From Minisyncoccota bacterium (GTDB taxonomy: Bacteria > Patescibacteriota > Minisyncoccia > Phycocordibacterales > JAQTLZ01): a stretch of DNA of 64,000 bases. Positions 39,833-49,325 of this stretch are shown piece by piece. Position 1 is the first letter of the stretch, and every line of letters starts with the position of its first letter. The DNA is taken from contig JAQTSY010000002.1 in NCBI GenBank assembly GCA_028711065.1, positions 8,263 to 72,262 on the forward strand, in the 5' to 3' direction. The notes beneath the pieces were generated by a model, which saw nothing but the letters and a program-made list of their open reading frames with translations, had not been told where the DNA came from and searched no databases. A program made the position numbers and the translations under genes.

Positions 39833-39841
39833 TGTGGATAA
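39833..39841 (-). promoter_or_regulatory. Perfect DnaA box in a divergent promoter region
   Basis: TGTGGATAA. Confidence 0.7.
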
Positions 39842-40006
39842 CTTTCTATTGTAAATTTTGTTAATAAGCGTATTCTTAACGGTAAGAGAGACTTCTCAAC
39901 ATTTGAGGAAAGCGGTGACTTTTAAGAAAAGCACCGAGTTTTTTGTCTTTAAAATAGTTTTACGTGTCGTCATTTCTTAACCATATTATAAATAATTCAA
40001 AATAAA

Positions 40007-42583
40007 ATGAGAAAACCAATTCTCGTCGGTTTCGCGCTCTTGTCAATTTTCATTCTCCCCTCATTTGCCCGTGCGAATACCTATCCTGCACTGACAGTCT
40101 GCGGACCGGAAGCGAAGTATAATTCACTAACAGGTTTGCCTTGCCCGAATAATTTTCCGTCTATAAGTTTCTTTTCTCCTCATGGCGGGGAGGTGTGGCA
40201 AGAGGCTCCTCGGATCACGGATACCATAAGTGGTTTTGAACAATATAGACAAGATATCCGATGGAGCGGTGCGCCGGATGATTACAATATTGTCAGTGCC
40301 TATCTCGAACAACAAGTTCCTGGCGGCACTTATGTGACTGTAGGCAGGATTCCTCCCTTTGCGTACGGGTCTATTCAGTGGGTCGTCGGCGTTGTAGGTA
40401 CTCCGACTTGCGATCTCATTTATGCATCTGATCGACCAAATAATTGTTTCAATAAAATAAATATGCGTGTTGTTCCTCCGGGGCAATACAATATTCGATT
40501 AGTGAACACACAGACTGGTGAGTGGGGAAGGAGTGTTGCATTTACTCTCGTTTCTAGCAGTAGCACTCCCGGATGTCCAGCTGGCGCAAAGTATAGCTTT
40601 CTTACCGGCATACTTTGCGGATCAGTCCCTCCTTCTTCTTTCACTCTAAGCGATTCTGATGACAGCCCTGATTATCATTTGGGATTGCCGTCTCCAAGTC
40701 AGATTTCCCCGCAGAGTTATCCCGATCTTTTCGTGCGTGGTGTTGGCCGAGGTCATTATTCGAGCGGAGCTTTTCCCGCTATCTATGGTCTTTCTGCGAC
40801 TCAAGCAATGCAGCCGACAACTGACAGCTATTCGACGTATTATGATAATTGTTCTGGTCCACAACAGTTGAACGAGGCCTTTATGGATTCAAAGACCGGT
40901 AATTTGGAAGCGACGGCTGTAAATCCTCCTTCTGGTTATATCTGTTCAAACGGCGCTTTCGTGTGGGCGGGTCCTGGTTTTCCTAATAGCGGACCAATTA
41001 CCGTTAATTCGCCAGGCGGAGGAGAGCTGTGGTATACAGGCGAGACGCACCAGATATCTTGGAGCTCTGTCCCGGGCGCTTCTTTCTATCAACTATATTT
41101 GAATCGCACCATTGGAGATACGACGAGATTTCCGATGTACATCGGTCAAGCAAACGATAGTTCGAAAGTCTACTCATATTATTCCTGGTCTATACCAAAG
41201 AATCTTGTCGATTTGGCAAAATCTCTCACCGGCCTTTCTATCGATGTCCGAGCTTACAACAATGCAAAAGAGGCGGTGCTTTTGGAGAAAGGGAAGAGCA
41301 ATACCTTCACCGTTAGCAATGGAAATACAAGCACCCAATGCGGTTCAGTACATGTCACTTTTCCAGGAGTGTCGGGTAGCGGTGTCTGGGCGGGAGGCCA
41401 ATACACACTGACTTGGACTGGTTTTGATCCGTGTTCCGCTTCGGGGAGCGCCCTTTTCAGCGTTTACCTTGTCGGTGGGCCAAATGGCAGCAATTGGTCG
41501 CGCTTTTTAGGTACTGTCTCTGTTTATCAAAATTCTGTGCCTGTCACAATTCCAACTGATATTCCGCCTGGAAGCGGCTATCAATTCCAGTTAAGCGGTC
41601 CTGGTGTGAGCGGAGACAACAGTGATTCATTCACAGTCACCTCTTCGCAAGTACCCCCTCAGCCTTTGAGAATCGTTTCTCCAAATGGAGGAGAGACCTA
41701 TCAAATTGGTAACCAAATGAACATCTCGTGGGTCTCTTCGATTGCCGGCAGCGTAGCTATAAATCTTGATAATATAGATAACGGTCAGCGATACGGGACC
41801 ATCAGCGCTTCTTCTGTAGACGCGAAGCTCGGTTCAATTTCTTTTGTGATCGGCAATAATTTCCCTCCTGGCCGCTATAAAGCAGTTGTTGTTTTGACAG
41901 ACGGCTATAATCCGAATGGAGGAAATGTGACCCCAACCGATTCGAGCGATACTTATTTCACAATTACTGGCGCTACGACACCGACTCAAAATATTTCTGT
42001 AGCTTCACCGACTGGAGGAGAGACCTGGACCCTTGGATCTTCCCAATCAATTCAGTATACAAGCTCGGGTCTTTCTGGAAGAGTGGTGAATTCTTTCCTC
42101 GGGCCACTGAATGATGGAACCTATACACAGCTCTCTGTTGGGACAACTATTCCTTCAAGCGGGAATAATACGCTTACTTTCACGCTACCTTCTTGGGTTT
42201 CTCCCGGGCGATATGGAATACGGCTTGAAGTTGTGAACACAAATAATGCATTGATAGTTGGGAAAAGTAGTGGATTTGTCTCGGTTGTTTCTGCAACGAA
42301 TCCAACTCCAACCCCCACTCCTCCATCGATTACGACATTTCGCACCAGTCACGATTTGACGGGTACGATTCGCAGTACCACTTTGGTGTGGGATGCTGTC
42401 TCTGATTACTGCATCTTGAACGGCCCTAATTTTGCTACTAACTCAAGATGGAGTGCTCATGAAGCAATTAGTACTGGCAATCTTTCCCCAACCTCTGCCA
42501 GGTACGATCTTGCCTGTTACAACAACGCTGGTCAATCTGACATGGCGAAACTCTTGATTTCTGTCCCGTATCCGACTCAATAA
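40007..42583 (+). CDS. Secreted surface protein with tandem SPxGGE Ig-like (Kre9/Ser-Thr-rich-type) domains
   Basis: Signal peptide; repeats SPHGGEVW, SPGGGELW, SPNGGETY, SPTGGETW; short PT linker. Confidence 0.82.
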   Translation: MRKPILVGFALLSIFILPSFARANTYPALTVCGPEAKYNSLTGLPCPNNFPSISFFSPHGGEVWQEAPRITDTISGFEQYRQDIRWSGAPDDYNIVSAYLEQQVPGGTYVTVGRIPPFAYGSIQWVVGVVGTPTCDLIYASDRPNNCFNKINMRVVPPGQYNIRLVNTQTGEWGRSVAFTLVSSSSTPGCPAGAKYSFLTGILCGSVPPSSFTLSDSDDSPDYHLGLPSPSQISPQSYPDLFVRGVGRGHYSSGAFPAIYGLSATQAMQPTTDSYSTYYDNCSGPQQLNEAFMDSKTGNLEATAVNPPSGYICSNGAFVWAGPGFPNSGPITVNSPGGGELWYTGETHQISWSSVPGASFYQLYLNRTIGDTTRFPMYIGQANDSSKVYSYYSWSIPKNLVDLAKSLTGLSIDVRAYNNAKEAVLLEKGKSNTFTVSNGNTSTQCGSVHVTFPGVSGSGVWAGGQYTLTWTGFDPCSASGSALFSVYLVGGPNGSNWSRFLGTVSVYQNSVPVTIPTDIPPGSGYQFQLSGPGVSGDNSDSFTVTSSQVPPQPLRIVSPNGGETYQIGNQMNISWVSSIAGSVAINLDNIDNGQRYGTISASSVDAKLGSISFVIGNNFPPGRYKAVVVLTDGYNPNGGNVTPTDSSDTYFTITGATTPTQNISVASPTGGETWTLGSSQSIQYTSSGLSGRVVNSFLGPLNDGTYTQLSVGTTIPSSGNNTLTFTLPSWVSPGRYGIRLEVVNTNNALIVGKSSGFVSVVSATNPTPTPTPPSITTFRTSHDLTGTIRSTTLVWDAVSDYCILNGPNFATNSRWSAHEAISTGNLSPTSARYDLACYNNAGQSDMAKLLISVPYPTQ

Positions 42584-42597
42584 GTATAAAAAAGTAG

Positions 42598-42633
42598 AAA
42601 GAAAATCCCCGAGGCATCTCGGGGATTTTCTTT
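42598..42633. terminator. Bidirectional terminator
   Basis: AAAGAAAATCCCCGAG-GCAT-CTCGGGGATTTTCTTT. Confidence 0.8.
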
Positions 42634-43229
42634 TACTGATTTGCTAAAGTGAAATTTTTTTCGATAACTTCCCAATTGAGATTCTCAAAAAATGCTTCAA
42701 TGTATTTTTTCTTTTCGGACGGAATGTAATCGAAGAGATATGAGTGTTCCCACATATCGAGCATAAGTACTGGGCGAGTGTCAGTCAGTTGCCCCAAATG
42801 CTGTTCGTCCATCCATGCGTGAGTAAGCTGTTTTGAATTTGGGTCCCAAAGCATCATTGCCCAGCCGATTCCTCGAGTGAGCGCGATTGATTTAAATCCC
42901 TGAAGCCACATTTCAAATGAGGGAGCTTGTTTTTCTATCTGCGCTTTGAGTTTTGAGCCGGCAGGAAGTCCTTTTGCTCCTCCTTCGAGTGAGTGGAAAT
43001 AGTATTCATGATTTCGCATACCATCGAACTCAAATGAAAATCTGCGCTGAAGCTCTCCTAACACATAGGCGTTTTTTTCTGAATCGGCCATGTATTCGCC
43101 GATCTTTTCCAATATGAGATTGGCATTCTTTACATATCCCGCATAGAGTTTGAGGTGCTCCGTAATCGTTTTTTCAGAAATTCCCTTGAGAGCGGGGATG
43201 GCAAACTTTTGCTCTTCGTATTTATTCAT
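42633..43229 (-). CDS. Fe/Mn superoxide dismutase family protein
   Basis: EHLKLY, RNHEYYF and DMWEHSY metal ligands. Confidence 0.9.
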   Translation of the reverse strand: MNKYEEQKFAIPALKGISEKTITEHLKLYAGYVKNANLILEKIGEYMADSEKNAYVLGELQRRFSFEFDGMRNHEYYFHSLEGGAKGLPAGSKLKAQIEKQAPSFEMWLQGFKSIALTRGIGWAMMLWDPNSKQLTHAWMDEQHLGQLTDTRPVLMLDMWEHSYLFDYIPSEKKKYIEAFFENLNWEVIEKNFTLANQ

Positions 43230-43391
43230 CCGCCTAAATTTTCTACTTATGGCTCTTTAATTGAGTTTTTGTAGAAATTTGTATTATTTTGATAACTTAC
43301 TACTATTTTTTATCCCCGAAAACTTTGGCGGATAAATATGGGTGTGGATTAGTAGTGATAAAAATCAAGTATAGCATGATACTATGGACGT

Positions 43392-43967
43392 ATGAAAATC
43401 CTTCTCATTAACAACGGGGAAGTGCTCTCCGATAAGCTACAAAAAGCTTTGCAGACGAAACATACTGTTGATGTTATTGATTGGAAGAAAGATGAAGTAG
43501 GGGATGAAAATAAATATGATCTTGTTGTCTTGGCTGGTGGACACGCTGACCCAGTAGTGGGGAATGACAAGATGCTTAAGTCAGAAATGGATCTCATTAA
43601 GAGGACAAAGAAACCGCTTCTCGGAATTTCTTATGGATGTGAGCTTGTGGCATTTGTGTTCGGAGGACATCTCGAAAAATTGGAACCCGCTCGAAATGGA
43701 AATGTTGATGTGAATGTCGTCGAGCCTGACCCGCTGTTTGCAGATTGCAGACATTTCAAGGCGTTTGAAAATGAACGCTGGGTTATTACCGATGTTTCTC
43801 ACGATCTTCAGCCTTTAGCCTTTTCTTCTTTCGGTATTGAAGCTTTGAAGCATGTCTCGCGCCCTATCTATGGACTCCAATTTGACCCAGAGGCGTTTGA
43901 AGAAGCGGCGTCCGGAGAAAAAATTCTCTCGAACTTTTTCAGGATACTTGAGGGTATACCCGCTTAG
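43392..43967 (+). CDS. Class I glutamine amidotransferase-like protein with substituted catalytic residues
   Basis: PLLGISYG (Cys replaced by Ser) and GLQFDPE (His replaced by Asp). Confidence 0.8.
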   Translation: MKILLINNGEVLSDKLQKALQTKHTVDVIDWKKDEVGDENKYDLVVLAGGHADPVVGNDKMLKSEMDLIKRTKKPLLGISYGCELVAFVFGGHLEKLEPARNGNVDVNVVEPDPLFADCRHFKAFENERWVITDVSHDLQPLAFSSFGIEALKHVSRPIYGLQFDPEAFEEAASGEKILSNFFRILEGIPA

Positions 43968-43975
43968 TTTCTAGA

Positions 43976-44854
43976 ATGGATTTTCTACGACAGCACCGGC
44001 GTTCCACACTTCTCCTTTTTCTTTTGCTCGCGAACGTTTCTATCTGGTATGCCGTGTTGGCACAGAGTCGGCACGGCTTTTTGACTGTCGCCGTTTTAAA
44101 TATCGGACAAGGGGACGCGATATTCATCGAAGCGCCAAATGGAAACCAGATTATTGTAGACGGAGGTCCTGATCAGAAATTGCTTTCAGAACTTGGACAC
44201 GTAATGCCTTTCTATGACCGCTCGATTGATATGATCATAAATACCAATCCTGATTCGGATCACTACGCAGGATTTCTAGATCTCTTAAAATCCTACAAAG
44301 TCGGAGAGTTTATGGAATCTGGGACAGTTTCAGATACGCCGACCTATCATGAACTGGAAAAAACTGTGGCTGAAAAACATATTCCCAAAATCATCGCGAA
44401 AAGGGGAATGAAAATTGTCCTCGACAAAGACGTGTCTCTGTATGTTCTCTATCCTGATCGAGACGTCTCGAATTGGACTTCGAATAATGGTTCGATTGTA
44501 ATGAAACTGGTCTATGGAAACACCTCGTTTCTTCTCCAAGGAGATGCGACTGCGGAAGTGGAAAAATATCTCATTTCTCTCGAGAAATCTCCGGAATCGA
44601 GAAGTTACGGCGGTCTCTCCGGGCAAGTCCTCAAGGTCGGGCATCATGGCTCGCGCACTTCGACGTCAGAAGAATATGTAGAAGCTGTGTCTCCCGAGTA
44701 TGCAGCGATTTCAGACGGGAAAAATAATCGTTACGGTCATCCGCATAAAGAGACGCTCGATACTCTCTCGAAAAATAACGTAAAAATCCTCCGCACCGAT
44801 TTACAAGGGAGGATTATTTTTGAGTCGGATGGAGAAACTATTGCAGTAAAATAA
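43976..44854 (+). CDS. ComEC C-terminal metallo-beta-lactamase-fold protein
   Basis: IGQGDAI, VDGGP, TNPDSDH, LKVGHHGSRTS, YGHPH, RTDLQG. Confidence 0.92.
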   Translation: MDFLRQHRRSTLLLFLLLANVSIWYAVLAQSRHGFLTVAVLNIGQGDAIFIEAPNGNQIIVDGGPDQKLLSELGHVMPFYDRSIDMIINTNPDSDHYAGFLDLLKSYKVGEFMESGTVSDTPTYHELEKTVAEKHIPKIIAKRGMKIVLDKDVSLYVLYPDRDVSNWTSNNGSIVMKLVYGNTSFLLQGDATAEVEKYLISLEKSPESRSYGGLSGQVLKVGHHGSRTSTSEEYVEAVSPEYAAISDGKNNRYGHPHKETLDTLSKNNVKILRTDLQGRIIFESDGETIAVK

Positions 44855-44883
44855 AAAAATGCCGTTTGGCATTTTTTTATTTC

Positions 44884-45126
44884 TTATATTAAACCTGCTT
44901 TCTTGAGAACAGGATATGCTCCGTGTTTCTGAATAGTCTTGAGTCCTTTTGTTGAAATAGTAACAGTGATGAATTTTTTGAGTTCAGGAACATAAATCTT
45001 CTTTTTCTGAAGATTTGGGTAGCTTCGAGTCATCCCGGTAGGATTAAACTGGGTTGCACGAGTGCGGTTTGAATATCCGCCGCGCATCATTGAAGTCTTT
45101 TTGGTTATTGCACAGATTTTCGGCAT
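44884..45126 (-). CDS. rpmB: 50S ribosomal protein L28
   Basis: MPKICAIT...YPNLQKKKIYVPE...ISTKGLKTI. Confidence 0.9.
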   Translation of the reverse strand: MPKICAITKKTSMMRGGYSNRTRATQFNPTGMTRSYPNLQKKKIYVPELKKFITVTISTKGLKTIQKHGAYPVLKKAGLI

Positions 45127-45176
45127 ATATTTCCTTTTTAGAGAAGTGCGCTCTATGCTATCATAGAGGACATCTT

Positions 45177-45779
45177 ATGGCAATTACTACCCTTTTTGAA
45201 TTCGCAATACTCATTTTTTCGATCGTGCTTCACGAGGTGAGTCACGGCTATATGGCCAATTACCTCGGAGATCCGACCGCGAAATATGCTGGCCGATTGA
45301 CGTTGAATCCCATTAAGCATGTTGACCCGTTTGGCTCTATTGTTCTTCCCATTCTCTCATTTCTCACCGGAGGATTCATTATCGGCTGGGCGAAACCGGT
45401 TCCGTATAATCCGTACAATTTAAGAAATGGTAAAACGGGGGAGGCGCTCGTCGCTTTCGCCGGCCCTCTTTCGAATCTTGCAATCGTCCTTATTTTTAGT
45501 CTCGTCATCCGCCTTGGCCAACATGTTTTGCCCTCCTCATTTATCCTTATATCTGGTTTTGTGGTCTATATCAATCTTACTCTCATGCTTTTCAATCTCG
45601 TTCCTGTTTTTCCTCTCGACGGTTCGCGAATTCTCTTTTCTTTCCTGCCTGTTAGATTTCAATATATAAAGGACTGGTTTGAAAAATATTCTCTCTTCTT
45701 TCTCCTTATTCTTATCTTCTTCTTTCTCCAGCCGTTCTCTCATCTTGTGGATATTCTTTTCAATTTTTTCGTCCCTTAA
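45177..45779 (+). CDS. Site-2 protease (M50 family)
   Basis: LHEVSHG, GRLTLNP, AGPLSN, FNLVPVFPLDG. Confidence 0.93.
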   Translation: MAITTLFEFAILIFSIVLHEVSHGYMANYLGDPTAKYAGRLTLNPIKHVDPFGSIVLPILSFLTGGFIIGWAKPVPYNPYNLRNGKTGEALVAFAGPLSNLAIVLIFSLVIRLGQHVLPSSFILISGFVVYINLTLMLFNLVPVFPLDGSRILFSFLPVRFQYIKDWFEKYSLFFLLILIFFFLQPFSHLVDILFNFFVP

Positions 45780-45859
45780 TCTCTCGTCTTCAAGCCCGCT
45801 GTACTACACAATAAATTCTTCTTGGAAGCCATGTCTTTTTGTGATTAACTATTAGCACT

Positions 45860-46492
45860 ATGAAAGTGCTTATTGCGGTATCGGTATCGGGGATAAAACA
45901 ATCCGACCATCTCATGCATATGGTAAAAGAGGATCCGAAAAATATTGCTATTATTTCCTACGGTTCAAAATCTTCCACCACAAATGATGATCGAAGCGCA
46001 ATCATCAACGCGACCACCAATAAGAATGTGCTGCGTTCGATGGCGCTCGCGTCTCCGGCAGAGTGGGTACTTTTTTTGGATGATTCAGTTTATTTGCCGA
46101 AAGGTTCTATCGAGAAATTTCTGAAAGAGGGGAAGGAGATTATGGGCGGGTGGTATCAGGACAAAGGCGCTACTGTTTGGAGCGCGCTTTCTGAAAATGC
46201 AGACGGACGATTTGAATTTTTCATGAAGCCGGAGAAGGATGCGAAAGACGTAGGGGCGATTGGGCTCGGCTGTCTTATGATTCACCGACCAACACTTATG
46301 AAAATCGCTTTTGAACCGGGCTTCGAGCACATCTCTCTTATAGACGGAATGAAACAGAAGAATGGGCCATTCCCGCATATGGGAGATGCTTTGGCCTTTG
46401 CATTTTCCGCAAAAAAGATCGAAGAAAAAATTGCGATGGTGGGAGATGTAATCTGTGGGCCGGAGGAAGCAGTAAAAGAAAAAACAAAATAA
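45860..46492 (+). CDS. GT2/GT-A-like glycosyltransferase (degenerate DxD)
   Basis: WVLFLDDSV, MGGWY, GLGCLMIHR. Confidence 0.65.
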   Translation: MKVLIAVSVSGIKQSDHLMHMVKEDPKNIAIISYGSKSSTTNDDRSAIINATTNKNVLRSMALASPAEWVLFLDDSVYLPKGSIEKFLKEGKEIMGGWYQDKGATVWSALSENADGRFEFFMKPEKDAKDVGAIGLGCLMIHRPTLMKIAFEPGFEHISLIDGMKQKNGPFPHMGDALAFAFSAKKIEEKIAMVGDVICGPEEAVKEKTK

Positions 46493-46496
46493 TTCT

Positions 46497-47114
46497 ATGC
46501 CTAAAGTACTTGCAATCATTCCTACAAAAGCAGAGATCGAGCCGAGAGCCCTGAAAGCTCTTCAAGCTCAAGACTATCCAGATTTCGGATTTCTCAACAC
46601 AGTGCTACAGCCGACGAACCTCCATCCAGATCCGGAGAAAAATCGCGTAACGAATATCGTGGTGAATAGAAACTATGCTCGTAGACTCGCTCTCGCGACT
46701 GACGCGGAATGGTTTTTCTGGATTGATTCTGACGTAGTCATCCCTCCTCATACTATTTCAGAATTCATGCGCCACCGACTTCCCTTTATGGGAGGCTGGT
46801 ATAAAAAGATGGCTGGGCCGGACTGGGTATCGAGTAGGTGGGTTGCAGAAGGCCTCTTTTATCTTTTCCAAGAACCGCAAAGGGGAGTTCAGCCGGTAGA
46901 TATGATGGGGCTGGGGTGCGTCATGATGCATCGCAAAGTTTTGGAGCGGATTGATTTCAAACCAGGCACGGAAGTCTATTTACGAGACGTCTTTGGGCGA
47001 AGCTATTTCTATGCGGAATGTATGTATTTCTGCCAAGAGGCGATTCAAAACGGTATTCGTCCTCATATTCTCGGAAGTATCATCTGTGATCATATAGAGA
47101 AGAAAGTAGGCTAA
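46497..47114 (+). CDS. GT2/GT-A-like glycosyltransferase
   Basis: [29 protein letters not shown]. Confidence 0.75.
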   Translation: MPKVLAIIPTKAEIEPRALKALQAQDYPDFGFLNTVLQPTNLHPDPEKNRVTNIVVNRNYARRLALATDAEWFFWIDSDVVIPPHTISEFMRHRLPFMGGWYKKMAGPDWVSSRWVAEGLFYLFQEPQRGVQPVDMMGLGCVMMHRKVLERIDFKPGTEVYLRDVFGRSYFYAECMYFCQEAIQNGIRPHILGSIICDHIEKKVG

Positions 47115-47203
47115 AACGTCTCCAAAACTTGCTTTTTTCCCTCTACTTCGATACAGTAGTGGCTACTGTTTTCAAGCAGTTTTTTCTTTCCAAGATTCAC
47201 AGA

Positions 47204-47620
47204 ATGCCGACAATCAATCAATTAATCAAGCGAAAACGAGTTCCGCTCAAACGCAAGCCAAAAGCGGTAGCTTTGATGCGCTCTTTTAATGCTTTGAAGA
47301 ACCGACCAAAATTCCTCCCATCTCCATTCAAGCGAGGTGTCTGCACGAAAGTAACCACAAAGACTCCAAAGAAACCAAACTCTGCTATCCGAAAGATCGC
47401 TCGTGTACGACTTACCAATGGTCTCGAAGTTACTGCTTACATCCCAGGAATTGGCCACACTCTTCAGGAACACTCTGTAGTGCTTCTTCGAGGAGGACGA
47501 GTAAAAGATGTCGGACTTCGCTACACTATTGTACGAGGAGTTTTGGATGCGACCGGCGTAGAGAAGAGAATGAAAGGACGAAGTTCATACGGCGCTAAGC
47601 GGCCGAAGGCCGCAAAATAG
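47204..47620 (+). CDS. rpsL: 30S ribosomal protein S12
   Basis: [34 protein letters not shown]. Confidence 0.98.
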   Translation: MPTINQLIKRKRVPLKRKPKAVALMRSFNALKNRPKFLPSPFKRGVCTKVTTKTPKKPNSAIRKIARVRLTNGLEVTAYIPGIGHTLQEHSVVLLRGGRVKDVGLRYTIVRGVLDATGVEKRMKGRSSYGAKRPKAAK

Positions 47621-47704
47621 CTTCTCCAGCTTCATGGAGCTTCACGAGCTTTGAATTCAAAAGCTAAAGAAGCTACAGGAAGCTCTAAGAATCTTACGAA
47701 GCTA
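47619..47704 (+). repeat. AGCTT x4 / AAGCT x4 palindromic repeat array between rpsL and rpsG
   Basis: agcttctcc agcttcatgg agcttcacg agctttgaattcaaaagct aaag aagct acagg aagct ... aagct. Confidence 0.7.
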
Positions 47705-47713
47705 AACAAAACC

Positions 47714-48184
47714 ATGCGAAGAAAAATAAAAAACCGAAAAGTTGTTGGACCTGATATGGTATTCAATTCTCCACGCGTGGCGAAGTTTACCAATTACCTC
47801 ATGCTTAGCGGTGAAAAGAGCATTGCTCGCAAAGTTGTCCATGATACTTTTGAGTTAATCAAAGAAAAAGCAAAAGTAGCTGATCCTGTAGAATTTCTAG
47901 AATCTGCTCTTAAGAACACCACTCCTCTTATGGAAGTTCGCTCACGACGAGTCGGAGGCGCCAACTATCAAGTTCCCCGAGAAGTCCGGAAAGAAAGACA
48001 GCAAGCGCTTTCCATGAAATGGATTATCGAAGCTGCTCGAAGCAAGAAAGGAGCAAACATGCACAAGAAACTCGCTGATGAAATTATTGCAGCTTCTAAG
48101 AATGAAGGAGAGGCTGTGAAGAAGAAGGAGAATACTCATAAGATGGCAGAAGCAAACAAAGCATTCGCTCACTTCACCTGGTAG
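47714..48184 (+). CDS. rpsG: 30S ribosomal protein S7
   Basis: EVRSRRVGGANYQVP, HKMAEANKAFAH. Confidence 0.98.
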   Translation: MRRKIKNRKVVGPDMVFNSPRVAKFTNYLMLSGEKSIARKVVHDTFELIKEKAKVADPVEFLESALKNTTPLMEVRSRRVGGANYQVPREVRKERQQALSMKWIIEAARSKKGANMHKKLADEIIAASKNEGEAVKKKENTHKMAEANKAFAHFTW

Positions 48185-48217
48185 TCAAAATTTCTTTCTT
48201 GGTAAATTTCATCGTTG

Positions 48218-48247
48218 AATACTGCGAGTCTCCCTCGCAGTATTTTT
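48218..48247 (+). terminator. Terminator after rpsG
   Basis: AATACTGCGAG-TCTCC-CTCGCAGTATT followed by T residues. Confidence 0.7.
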
Positions 48248-48385
48248 CATACAGCTCGGTACGATTCTCGTATTCGCCTCGAACTTTGCTCAAAAAATTA
48301 ATTTTGGAAGCCTCACTGAACTTGAGATTAAAACAAAAAACCTCAGACAAAGAAGCATGAGGCTTTCTGTCTGAGGCTTGTCCCC

Positions 48386-48631
48386 TTACATCTGATGAAA
48401 GGGGATTTCTTTCTCGTTTCTGATTTCCTTGAAGGATTCGAGGCAGTATCCGTTCTCGAGGCTGGCGTACCAGCAACCACTCTCGGGAGGCCGGACGACT
48501 TCCAGGACCTTCATTCCCAACTTTGTTGCCGCCAGCTCGATATTTTCTGCCACGACAATCCCGAGTTGAGTGTGTGACTTCCGACCCGGATTCTGTTCGT
48601 CGTCCCGGGCGTGCTGTAGCATGAAGAACAT
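48386..48631 (-). CDS. Hypothetical protein (SD-led orphan)
   Basis: AAGGAG 8 nt upstream; own downstream hairpin CCTCAGACA/TGTCTGAGG with a T-tract. Confidence 0.55.
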   Translation of the reverse strand: MFFMLQHARDDEQNPGRKSHTQLGIVVAENIELAATKLGMKVLEVVRPPESGCWYASLENGYCLESFKEIRNEKEIPFHQM

Positions 48632-48913
48632 GAGCGCATCTCCTTGAAATGAGGTTAGACGGACACAATTTCGGCATTCTTCCCCTGTCTACTATATTAG
48701 CATATTTATGTCTAAAAGTCAATCTCTGTTTTGGCCCTCTCCGGCTTGATAATTTGGTCCCTTTGCCGTCTCATATTGTCGAGAAGCCCTGTTTCTTTTT
48801 GCATTTTTTTGAATTCCCAACTTTTTGGGTGAAATTCTTATACACTTCTCAATATGTCGAAATGATTGGATAATGCAGGGAAAGGTAACTATTATTCACT
48901 AATAAAAAACTCT

Positions 48914-49276
48914 ATGACAAATGAGAAAAAAGTTGAGTGGCTGCTCCGCATCGGAGTAGCGGGGGAGTTTGCAGGGCACGGCCTTCTTGCTGTGCAGGGG
49001 AAAGCAGATTGGATTGGCTGGATCAGTCAAATGATTCATGTCGATACCGCGACTGCGACGACACTGCTTCTTATTATCGGCATTACGGATGTCATTATGG
49101 CTATTATTGTTCTCGTAAAACCTATCCGCATTCTTCTCCTCTGGATGGCTCTTTGGGGTTTCTGGACAGCACTCCTTCGACCATTGGTGGGGCAGTCAGT
49201 ACTCGACTTTGTTGAACGTTCGGCAAATTGGGCTGCGCCTTTAGCTCTCTATTATTTCTATAGATCCCGACAATAA
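48914..49276 (+). CDS. DoxX-like small membrane protein
   Basis: LRIGVAGEFAGHG; FVERSANWAAPL; about 4 TM segments. Confidence 0.7.
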   Translation: MTNEKKVEWLLRIGVAGEFAGHGLLAVQGKADWIGWISQMIHVDTATATTLLLIIGITDVIMAIIVLVKPIRILLLWMALWGFWTALLRPLVGQSVLDFVERSANWAAPLALYYFYRSRQ

Positions 49277-49325
49277 ACCCTCATCCATAAAAAAGCAAAA
49301 CCGCCTCAGGGCGGTTTTGCTTTGC

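Noticed and set aside
48174-48722. 182-aa minus-strand ORF as a gene or recombinase remnant
   Set aside because: It crosses two terminator hairpins and the better-supported SD-led ORF 48386-48631, and has no recombinase motif.
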